Of a stretch of 64,000 nt of DNA, positions 39,001-51,000 are shown one piece after another (within the stretch, counting starts at the first letter, position 1; the number at the start of each line of letters is the position of its first letter). Origin of the DNA: Candidatus Omnitrophota bacterium (GTDB taxonomy: Bacteria; Omnitrophota; Gorgyraeia; Gygaellales; Profunditerraquicolaceae); contig JASEHM010000001.1 of assembly GCA_030018895.1 (NCBI GenBank), positions 2,199 through 66,198 on the forward strand, given 5' to 3'. The position numbers were made by a program, and so were the translations under genes. The notes under the pieces were generated by a model. It was not told where the DNA came from, did no database searches, and worked only from the letters and a program-made list of their open reading frames with translations.

Positions 39001-42000
39001 TCTGTTGGCACCAAACAGCTTGAAGAGGCCAAGAAGAAAATCCACGCTGAAGCCTTACCTATCATAGAAGACATGGAAGGTAGGCTACAGGATTTACGCC
39101 GAGACTTCAAAGAAGATAGTTTCTCCTTGAAAAAATTAGAGGACAGTTTGAATAGCCTCTTAGAATCTCTTAAGAAAAGAATCCAAGAGGTTCAGGATGA
39201 GAAGACTGTTTCTGTGTTAAATGTCTGTGTATCTAGCATCTCTCAAATCCTGCTGCGTCAGATGCTCATTGAGGTTTTACGCCGCGGTGGCGCTGGCTCA
39301 AAAGCATGGGCTATACCCATAGAGGGTGAGTGGTTGGATACTGGAAGAACCATCGAGGAAGCACAAATCATTCTGGCCGAGGGAAAAGCCAACAGGCAGA
39401 TAGCCTCGGTGTTTGACTTTGAGAAGTCCATTGCCGCAAAGACCAATGTAGCAAGCCACTCTTTTGTCAGCATCATTGAGGCAGAACCTAAATCTCAAGT
39501 TGCCACAGATTCCATTCAGATTGCCTCTTATCTGAAAGGCAAAATTCATATGGACTCCAGATCTCAGGTGCACCTTGTAGACTGGCAAGGCGATTTACAC
39601 CTCAACTCAGACGTGGTGATGTCTGAGGCAACCACCAGATATCAAGAGAAAGAATGGGTCGTGCACCTGCTCTGGGGATTACAGGATGGAGAGACCAATA
39701 AAATCAAGACCCACATAGGCCGTTCCTTAGAGGAATGGTTCACTGAGTTAAGTATTGACATAGATAAGATTTGGCCTCCTGCAACTGCGCATCTCTTAAA
39801 CACTGCCAGAATCTTCCCTGGCTTAAGTCAGCAGATTTTAGAGCAAGGAAAGCAAATAGATGACTTGGATAGAGAGCTCTTTGACTCTATGAATGATATC
39901 TGGGGCTTCTTACAAGGACATACTGCCCCAGTTCCTGTTGCCTGGCTGAAAGCTTTAGAAGCAGAACGCCTCTTCTCTATGACTGATGCCTACAGTAAAC
40001 CCGCCACTGAACTGATGCAACAGAGAAGAGAAGGATTGATGAGGAAGTTGAAGAAAACCTCATCCCCTATTTCCACCCCTATTTCTAACTTCTCAGATAT
40101 AAAGACATTAATAAAAGCTTGTAGAAATGCAAATCCACAGGCAAAAATATTTGTTCCAGAGAAATCGAGTTTTGGAAAACTCTCTTTAAAAGAAATTCTC
40201 AGTTTAACAACCTCCAGTTCCCTGATACTTTCCTTAGAATCTAGACTAGTAGCAGCCATCGCCAAGAAGAATTCTTTTATCCAAGGCTCCAGCCCGCTTT
40301 CAGAAGTTATCCTGCCTGGTTTAACGTGGGGATTTTATGTTTTTGAGATTCGCGAATCAAAGGTAGGTGGAATTGCCGATGTCGCTGAAGGCCTTCCGGA
40401 AGCAATAGTAAGGGCTAAGACGCTTGATGGAAAGCCTCATACAGTTTATCGGGTGACCCCGTATTATAGAGATATATTCACTATGACTAATAAAATTCGT
40501 TTGGAAGACCAGAAATTAGTAGCTCAACTATGCATTCCTTATCAGCACCAAATAATTACTGTGGATGTATATAAAAGATTGCATGTTTCTAATATGGTTG
40601 ATTATCTGCTTGTAAACGAAATATTTAGCCGCCCATATGATAAATCAGATACCAAGAATCAAACTGAATCTGAAGAAGAGGTAGTAATATTTAATATTGT
40701 TTCAGCAATACTCATTATTTTAGGGGAAACTCAACCTGATGTGCTGCTTCTATCAGATTGGCAGACAGGTTTACTGCTTTCCTATTTAGAAGAAAGTGTT
40801 TCAGAGCCAACCGCGATATTAAGGAAGGTTGTTGTTAAGACAGAGAAAGGCAATGTTTCTGGTGAAGAATTAGTAAACGAATTTGTACGTTTAAAAGTAT
40901 ATGAATGGATGATACCGATTTGTTGGATTAATAATGAAGCTTATAGAGGGCAATTTCCTGTAAAAAATAGAGCGGACTTTAAGGCAAAAACAGGATTAGT
41001 TTCTCAGCATGGCTTTGAGTATGCAAGATGGATTACCCCAACAAGAGAAAGCGAACAATTTATGATTATGCTTAAGTTAGGGATAGAAAGCACTAATCGT
41101 TGTGGAGGAAAAATAGTCACAGTTAGCCAGGCTTATGCCAGAGAAATTATGGGTATAAACCTTAAACCAGAAAATCATCCTGGGATGCTTCACGGTATTT
41201 TAAAAAGAACAGAGGTTACAGGAATACTAAACGGCACTCCTAAAGAATGGAAATACATTACGGATTTAAAACAGAAGAGAGAGGCGAAGCGGTTGTTACA
41301 AGAAATATTAGAGTTAGATAAGTTTGCCTCTGCAATGTGCGGAGGGGAAATAGAACGATTAAAGCGAAAAAATTTTTGCTGTTTGGGAAAACGCTTGCGT
41401 TTTAGTTATAGTTATCTTAGCTCCTTGCCTTCTGGCTCCTTATTATACCTCGCCGTGGCTGGTGGGATACAAGGCGTTGTTGGTTCAAGCCAGAGGGCAG
41501 GGAGTTTTTTGATAAAGGAGTTTATTAATAAGGTAAAAAAATTATTACCACAAAAAGGAGGCGCAGGATGTATAGACTCAGAGAGGTGCAGATTAGGTCT
41601 TTTGAGGTGTTGCAGGAAAACAAGGGAATTTTTGTTCTGGCAGGGTTTCCGGGTTGGCATTCTACTTATGATTTCCTTATTCAGTCTAATGGAGAAGTTA
41701 AGGGAAGAACACACGATAATTGGCAGCTCCTTACAGATGAGACAGCTGAGATTATTAAAGGGAAGTTTAAAGAGGTACTTACAAGGAATTGATTTAGCGT
41801 TTGAAAGCAGCTCGGCGAGGTTGACGCAGGCACAGAAAAGAGTTACTAACTCGCCGTTAAGGTTGGAGAAAGAAACAGAAAAGATAAACAAAAATTTGAA
41901 TGAGCTTACGAAAAATGCAGTGGCATTATCAGACCAAAAAAAATTTTCAATTGAGGAGGATATACTTCTTATTGAGACTAACCTTAAGGAAATAGGGCGG

Positions 42001-45000
42001 TTGGGGTCTTTAGCAGAAGATTCACAAAAAATAGAAAATGACATTGATTTTATTCAATTACTCAATGAGGTAATAGATGATTTTAAAAAGAGGTTTCCTG
42101 ATATTACTTTTGTGGTTGAGAATAAGGCAGATGAAATTAAATTACCTGGTATTCGAAAAATAATAGAACACATCTTAAGGGAAATTTTCCAGAACAGTGT
42201 TAAGCATGAAGGTAAACAGATTAATATAGAGATTTCAAGAACAGAAGGCAAAATAGAGATTAGTATAGAGATTAGCATAATTGATAATGGTGAGGGTATT
42301 TCTAAAGAGAAACTGGAGAGGATTCGTAAAGTTTTGGCGCAGGCAGATACAAAGCAAAGCGAAAAAGAGAGTAGGGGCAGAGGCCTTTCTTATTTAAATA
42401 AACTTCTTTATGAGTACACTTTAATTGAAGAAAACCTAGAAATATATTCTGAAGGTGAAGGCAAAGGCACAAGGGTAAGATTCTTTTTACCTTTAGCTCA
42501 AGAAAAATACAGGGTGCCAGATATTCATAATCGGATAAAATTTATTATCCATGAGATAAACAATATTCTATGTACAGTGCAAAAAGCTTTTTTAAATGAA
42601 AAAAATACTGTGTTGGCAGATGCAACCAAAGGCACAATTTTAGTAGTGGATGATGAAGAAAACATTTGCGTCATATTACAAATGTGTTTCGAACAAGTTG
42701 GTTATACGGTTGTTACTGCTGCCACAGTAGAACAAGGATTGGAGACTTTCAAAGAAAGGCAGAAAGAAATAGGATTAGTTTTAATAGATTATACATTACC
42801 TGGTGGAGATGGATTACAATTAACAGGGAAGATTAAAGAGGTTTCTAAAGATATTCCTATATTTATTATGACAGGAAGGAGTCTACGCGAAGAAGATATT
42901 TTAAACTCAGGAGCAAAAGAAGTAATTCCTAAGCCTTTTAAATTTGAGGAATTACTAAAAAAGGTAGAAGAAGCGGTAACAGTTCAGCGTTCAGAAGTAA
43001 ATCAGGGTGTCATTCTCGCCCCCGTTTTCACGGGGGTAAACTCCAGCGGGAATCCAAAGATGGTTGACAGAATGGATGCCAGTTTTCACGGGTATGACAA
43101 AAACGGGAGGCGAGAACTTCCGGAAGCTGAACTGTTACAAGAAGCGGTATCTTCAGCAGTAGAGATTGTTAAAATGTTGTCATTGCGAGCCCGCCACACT
43201 TTGTGGCGAGGCGAAGCAATCACTTTTTTGAGATTGCTTCTTGCTTCGGTTTCGCCTCGCAATTGCAATGACGCGAAAATGGATTTTTTCAGCGTTTTCC
43301 TAGAATATCACTTGATACAACAAGCCTTAAAGGGTTTTTTCGGTCGACTTAATTCAGACTTTTCTAAACAACTTTTAAGCTCTCGCCAAACAATTCCTTT
43401 AGCAGGTTCTCCTTTTACAGAATTAGTTTCTAGTTCTTTGTTTGTTTTTAGTCTAACAGAGGCTATTAAGTTGATTCAGATTTTTGTTAAGGAGAAGGAA
43501 GGGGCTGAGATTGGAGAGAAGATAGGGAGCCTTAGTTCTGAAGAACTAAACGTCCTTACGGAAGCGATTATTGCTTGGAAAGAGTTGGAAGAGATTGAAG
43601 TAGGAGAGAAAGAAAAGAAAAGATTCATTGATATCTATTCTTCTAATTGCCAGTTCAGTAGTTTTGTTGGTTTTTTAAAAGATGCTATGCAGTCAAGGTT
43701 AGTAGAGCAGAGGGCAGAAAGAGAAAGTATTCTTTATGAAATTGTCGAGGAAATTGGGAAATTAGAGGGGGTTAGCCCGGATAAAATAGAGGAAGAGTTC
43801 GCTAGATTTAAGATGAAGGCATTAGAGGAGCTTCTTAAGGCATGGGGGTATAGCTATGAGATAGATGAGGAAGATAACTTAAGCCTTATTTGTTCAACAG
43901 ATGGACTAAAGGAGTCGAGTTATAAATTAACACCGCGAAAGCCTAATGACCCGGAAAAGAGTTTTCTTTGGGATTTTCTTAAAAAGTATTGGGAGCAGAA
44001 AAATACCCTTTCTGGGCAAAAGAAATTATTGGAAGGATTTAAGAAAAAATTGCCTATAGAGATAGTAGAAGTAATTATCTGGGATGGCGTTTTTCGGGGG
44101 CTATGGATTAAAGATAGATTCGCCTTTCTTAAGAAATTTTATCCGGAAAAAGTAGATAATGGAGTTTTAGATCAACTTGCCTCTGGCCATATCTTCTCAA
44201 GATTACAAAATATTTGCCTTCCTCAAAATTTAAAAGACGACTTAACTTGTTATCAAGGAGTTTTGCCTAAAGAGCTTATTTTTCTCCTTCCTCTCCCGGG
44301 AAAAGGAAAATATATTTATATGTTACATAACTGGGCTCAGGCCAGTATTGAAAATAAGCAATTTATCCCTCTAATTAAAGAAAAAAAGATTTTTTTCTAT
44401 TTGTTTAGGGCAATAGATGTCATTATTAGAGAAAAGGAAAAGATAAAACAAAGGATAACTGATAGCCGTACAGGTTTGTATAATGCCTGGTATTTAAAAG
44501 AAGAGCTGGAGAGACAAATAGGTTTGGCCAAAAGGCATGATAATCCCCTGGCGATATTAATGCTGGACATAGATCATTTTAAGAATTTTAATGATACATA
44601 TGGCCATTTAATAGGCGATATGGTTTTAAAGTATGTTGCTGAGGTGTTTAAGAGGATGGCAAGGAAAACGGATATTGTTTGCCGTTATGGCGGGGAAGAA
44701 TTTATGATTATCCTGTCTAACGCGGATTTAGAAGGAGGGGTGGTTGCCGCAGAGAGAATTAGGGAGGCGGTGAAAGAAATGAAAATTAAAAATATTAATG
44801 AAAAAATAACTATAAGCATTGGCGCAGCTTCTTTAGATAAGAGTTTAAGAAGTATCTCTGACTCTGAACAATGCCAAAAGGCATTTATTAAAGAGGCTGA
44901 TCAGGCGGTTTATATAGCCAAGGCAAAGGGGAGAAACCGAACAGAATTTACTATAAAACAGGTAATCCCTTATTTAGAGCCGGAAGAAGAATTATTTCCT

Positions 45001-48000
45001 GAGAAGTCTGTTTCTCTTTTGTATAAGGTGAAGGCGGAGTTCAAAGGAGGCAAGGAAGGGGAGAAATATACAGCATTGGAAAGGTGCTATATTATTAAGC
45101 GGCCTAAGCTGACTGTGCGCGATAATCGAGGCGAAAGGCTTTTGATAGAGAAGGTTGATGATATGCTTTTAGAAGAATTTGCTTATTGGGTTAGCCAAAA
45201 AGCAGGGTTGGGCTGGAAAAAAGATGGAAGGATTTTTCCTGTTGCCGAGGTGATTCAGAATGAAGAAATTTTAGAGAAATGCTGGATAGGAGCAGGGAAT
45301 GAGGCGGCGGTAATCATTGAGGAAATACCGGATATTAAAAAAAAAGAAATAATAGTGGATTCTCTTCTGAAAAGGAACCTTACTAAAGAAGAAAAGGAAG
45401 ATATCTGTGATATTATTATTCTTCATGCCTATTTGGCTAGCCAGGATTTAGAAACCCACCTTATATTATTTGATGAGGAAAATAGGATTGGCACCCTTGA
45501 TTTGGGAGCAGGGACATTGTTTCATTCGCGAAATCTTAATTCTATTTTGGAAGAACTTTTGAGTTACGTATCTCCTTTTATAAAAAAAGGGATAATAACA
45601 GCGAACGGCCTTGAAAAGTCTATTAAAAAGATAGAGCAGAATATTACTCGCAAGGATTTAGAAGAATTTTTTCAGGTGCTTAGGCAGAGGCGTTTACTTG
45701 ATAAAGGCTACGAAAAAAAAGCAGTAAAAGAATTATGGGAGCGGATTGCAAAACTACAGGGTTGCCTAGAATGGTATTTTGGCCTTAAGGAAACCTCAAA
45801 AGAGTATATTTGGAATATTGAAAGGCTATCAGAGAAAGAAAATTTTGAGCCACTTTTTTTAAAGCAATATATCATAAGGGCGATAGAGAGAATGGAGAGA
45901 GAAGGCCTTCTTAAAAGAAGCTTTAAAGAGTTAGAGATAGAAAATTTATCTGAGGAAATAACAAAAGTAGAGATTAGGTATCTTTCTTTTGAAGAAGATA
46001 TTTTGATTAATAGATTAAAATTTAAACTTATTTTTGGTGATGCGGTAGAGCATCAAGCAGAATTAGTCTTAACCCTGTATGTGAATAAGGGTTTTGGTGT
46101 ATTAAAAGAGAGCTTAGATATTTCTTATATGGCTGAGGAAATAAAAAAAGAGGTTTCTTTAAAAGAACCTCATGACCGCTGGCTCTGGGAGCCTGTTGGG
46201 CATTATCTTTGCTTAACCTTATCTGCCGCTTCAGCAGTGGTTTTTATAAATAGACTTATTACACAAAGATTTGGCAGGAAAGTAGGCTCTTGTCTTTTGT
46301 CTGTTAATTCGCCAATAAGAGGGCCCAATAATATATCAACGGATGAGCGTAAAAAATTTTCGGGAATTCCTAAAGAAGAAAAAATTAAGCTTATCAAAGA
46401 GTGTTATGGCAATTGTCGGGAGATTGCTAAAGCTGTTAAAGAATTGGGTGTTGAGATAACTTTTCAAGGGGTTGCAAGTTATATTCAGGGGGAGGAAGAG
46501 TTAAAACAGATTTGTATTGAGGCAAGAAAAAATCGTCCTTCAAGAGACATTAGAAAGCTTATTTTGAAACGTTGGAAGGATGAGAAATCAGGCTCAAGAA
46601 AGACTTTTATTGCGGCAAGAAAAAATCGTCTTTTAGGAAAATCTAAAGCACCTATTTTGGAATCTTTGGATAGTGTAATTGCAGAATGGATAAAGAATGA
46701 TTTCCAAAAAACTCCAGAGTTTTTTATTAGCGATAGAAATGAAGAAGATCTTCTTGCTCTCCCTGATTTGTTAATAAAGTGTTTTAAAACTGCTCAGACG
46801 CGACGCCAACGCGATAATTTAGCTAAGGCTGTTGAGTATGCCAGGTGCGTTTTGCGCTTACCTTCTTGTGATTGGCCAAATTACTATGGTTTAATAAAGA
46901 CAAAAGAAGACGCAGAAGGAGACTTTCTTGGCTTATTACAGGTAGTTTTAACTACTCAAGATGAAGAGGAGCGAATAACTGCAAGGATTCGCCTTGTTGA
47001 TATCATTGAGATTATTCCAGAAAAGTATAAAATTTTCTTAGTGGGCTATGAATTTGCAACGGATCCTAAAATTAAGGATAGGTATAGCGAACTAATAAAA
47101 TTTGGTATTGAACCATTTATATATTCGTCCCGCCTTAAGGCGGGGGGCTTTAGTATTTTGCCCCAAGAAACCTCTCTTATGGCGAGGGAGAGCTTCATAA
47201 TTGCTAACCAGGATGTTGAAAACTACCAAGACCTATTTAAGCGGATAGCCGGATTGTTTATATCTTTGCCTTACTTTAAGATGGGGCAGAGTTTCATTGG
47301 GGCTTCGCAGACTCAAAAAAATAATCTTCTAAGTAGCCTTAATTCTATTAGCATATATGTGCCTAAACATATTGCCAGTCTAGGAAATCTTGATCTCAGT
47401 CTCAAATGCTTTTATTGTGTTGAAACTGTTTCTCAGAGAAATACATTATGTTTTGTGATTAAGAATATTATCCGCGTGATTGGGCCTGGAAATATTCATT
47501 CTGATTGTATTGAAAAAATAAAAGAGCTTCTCTGGGATAATTGGCCTCAAGGAAAGACGATTTTCTTTGCTTCAGAAGCAGTGCTTAGGGAGAAATTTGA
47601 CTTATTGAAACTAGGAAGGGCAGGCTCTGCAATAAGCATGCCCAATAGGGCTATTCTTTGTTTAATTTTGCTGCTCTTGTCATTGCCAAATCGCAGTTTT
47701 GGCCAGATTGGGACATCTGCAGAAATATCTCTAGGAACATCTCCAGGAATATCCAAGGAAATATCTGTGAGAACATTTACAGAAGCGCCCCAAGGGTATC
47801 AAGATAAATACAAAGAACCAGTAGTAAATAAGCGGCTCCAGAAAGAAATAGAGCGGGCTTTGGAGCCAAAGAATGTAAAAAGGACAGAATATGCAGCAAA
47901 TAATCCAACAAGACTAAAAAATTCAAAGTCGCTTCCTATAAATTGCGGGGCTTTGCTTAGCTGGTTTTCATCTATTATATTTGAGGGCATAGTGAGTAAT

Positions 48001-51000
48001 CAGGTAAATGCGATTATAAAATTAGGCCTTTTTGGTGCGGGTTGGACATTGCCAATAAACTTATGGAAATCCGGATGGGAAATATCGTATAAAATGGAAA
48101 ATAATCTTCCTTTAGAAGAACAAATTGTTTTGCATGCGCTGGAACAGGCCATAGAAGAAGAGTATCAGAGGCTTTGTAAGAATAAGGAACTCTCTACTAG
48201 AAATATAATGAGTATTCTTAGAAATGAAAAGATTCAGATCAGAGAATATCTTCCTGATAGCTGGAAGGATTTAGCTAATGTGTATAAAGGGAGCCTGAAA
48301 AATATTTATTGGCAGATTTTTGAAAAAGTAGAATTTCCTCATTATTTTCTTAAAGATATAAGGCCTTTGTGTGTCCTGTGTTTTTATTATCCGGATTCAC
48401 TATATCTAGCAGATGCTTCTTTAAAGGGCAAAATAGTTAAAAATGATGTAGTCGGTTCTGTTGAGCAATCTATGAATAATTTTAGGAATACCCATGTGGG
48501 AATGGTGGTTGAAACAGAAAAAAAAGAGTTTTTTCATCCAGCAGGGACGCAAAAGATCGCTTTAAAGGAATTTTTAAAACAAAAATATGGCTTACAAAAG
48601 GACTCTTCATTAGATGCCCTGCTTATTTATTCCTTATATCAAGGAGAATACAAAGAGATAATATTAAATGAAGAAGGGGAGGGATTTTGTTTTGTTGATC
48701 AGGCTATTAATTGTCCTGTTATCTGGAAGCCTGGGGTATGTATAAAAGTAATTTCTCAGATTGTTATTCATGAATTTGCAGGAAAAGCAAGAATAGAGAA
48801 TTTAGCTAAAACTATTGATGACGACAAAGAAGGATTTAAGTTATGCGCGGTAATAAGGCTGGATGAAAAAAGAATCGAAGAGCTGTTTAATGAACAGGGC
48901 AACAACAGCCTAATAGATACGCCCCCTAAAAAAACAAATTCGCCGCTATATAAACAGCTGCCTTGTTTTTCGTCTTCTCCTGTAAGAACTTTCGCACATA
49001 ACCCTGCTGAAGAGTTAAGCGGTGAGGGTTCTAAATTAGAAGAAGGTATAAGAGAAACTGGTGAGTATAAAAAAAGAATGAGGCATATTAGAATAGTGGA
49101 TTTTAAAAGAGAGATTATAAAAAAAGATTTTATGAAAATAGATCCGGAATTAAAAAGCGCTCAAGTGGATGAGATAAATATTTTGGAATTAGGAAAAGGG
49201 CAGGAGTTTATTTTTAAAGATGTTTTGCCTATAGGTGAACTTTATGAATTATGCAATATTTCGGCTCGTTTGGCTGCAAGGTCTTTGAGATATTTAAGTA
49301 AGAATAGGAATAACTTTAATATTTTTAGAAAGGTATTGGCTGATTTGCAATGGATACGGAGAATTTTAGGAAAAGATCTTAAGTATTTTTATTCAGTATC
49401 TTGCGCAAGGACAAAACCTGGTCAGGCTGGATTGGAGCCAGGAGAGATACTTGGTTATGGAGAAAATAAGATTTGCATGGTTTATTTGCCTTTAGAGTTT
49501 TCCCAGGGATTAATTACTTCTGGCTGGATGGGAACAACAATTGGGTTTTTGTTTGCCAAAGATATAAAAAACTTGCCGCCAGGATACTTTTTTAAGGTAG
49601 TAACTCCTAAGAAGATAAACCTAAGCGAGATTTTAAAAAAACATTACGGTAAAAAAGATTTCTGTTCTTTGGTATTTAAGGAAATAAAGAAAGAAATACC
49701 TGAATTTAGGCCGCTTGTTTTGTTTAGAGAGTACAATCTTCCCGTAATAGAAGCGATATCCGGAGAAAAGGTAGAAGATTATTCAGCATTAAAGAAACGG
49801 CTGGAACGTAACAAGGGAAGGCTTTGGTATAAGGGTATGCTTCTGGTGCTAAATGATGATTGGTCAAGATTAGATTTAGGATTAGGGGAGAAGGTTAATG
49901 GGGTTATGGGTATAGGAGGCATGCCTCAGGCATTGTGGTCAGCAGCGCAAATATTAAAATTAGAAAAAAAGAATTTAGATTTTGCCGGTTTTTTTGTAAC
50001 TGAAAAAGGCGGGTTGCCCTGGGAAAACACTTTTTTACTTGAAGAAAAAGAAATATTCAAACGATATGGAATAACCTTGGATACAGTTTTTAAGGCAAAA
50101 GAGTTGATTCCCTGCCTGCCAGAGGAAATATTAATGATTCTGAGCGTAATAACCCCTTATCGTTTCAAAGATAAGATTATCCCTGGGCCAAAAATAGATG
50201 ATAGCGGAAAAGAGACAGTTCATATAGTAATGGTAGATATAGATGGAGGTATATTAGACATCCCTGTAACTTATACAACAGGGATTTGTTTTAATCGTAA
50301 CGTTAAGAAGATTTTAAGCCTTGCTGAATTTGGTTTATTTTTTCCGGGGCTAGAAGAACTTAAGAAACTAAAAGGCCTTAATTTGTCTTTTATAGAATAT
50401 CGAATATTAAGGTATTACCTCTTAGGATTATGGAGTTTAAATTTTAGCCGAAAAGACCCTAATCAAAAAGCTTTAAAAAGTTTTGAGCAGGCCATTGAAT
50501 TAATAATAAAACATAACATTAAAATATTCAAAGGGTTGAATTTATCAGGAAAAATAGCCAGGATTTACCAATTTTTAAGAGATGAAGAAGACAGAAAGGG
50601 AAATCTTGAGAAAGCCTTAGAGTCTGCTGAGCTGGCAGTTAAGCATAAAACAGATTTGGAAACAGTGAGGAGGTATTATCGTTTATTGTTAAAAGATGTT
50701 GTATCCGGCTATAAAAATGAGAGTGATTTAGAGAAGGGTTTAGAAAAGCTGTCCCAGCTCAAATGTCCTGGCTTAGAAAACAAAGATAAAGATTGTTTAT
50801 TTTTTGCTTTCTTGCTAGAGACATTCCTTTTAGAAAAGCATCCTCTTGAACAGGTTAAAATTGTAAAGGGGCTATTAAGATATAAGCAGGAGCAGATAGG
50901 AAAAGATGGCAGATTAGTAGATTCATTTTTAAAAAATAACAACCCGGGCATTATTTCTTGGATTAATAATCTTCAGGAAAATTTTATGTTTAAGATATTA

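Noticed and set aside
34846-40047. Tandem duplication as two paralogous genes.
   Set aside because: Both copies are in-frame continuations of the same ORF with no stop or start signal between them.
41412-42044. The longest track ORF (210 aa, minus strand). Other minus-strand ORFs of 100-200 aa occur, e.g. 30108..30704, 54789..55349 and 5340..5753.
   Set aside because: All lie antisense to the stop-free frame +1. Their translations are low-complexity, Ser/Leu/Phe/Ile-rich nonsense with no motifs, and their ORF density is typical of shadow frames in AT-rich coding DNA.
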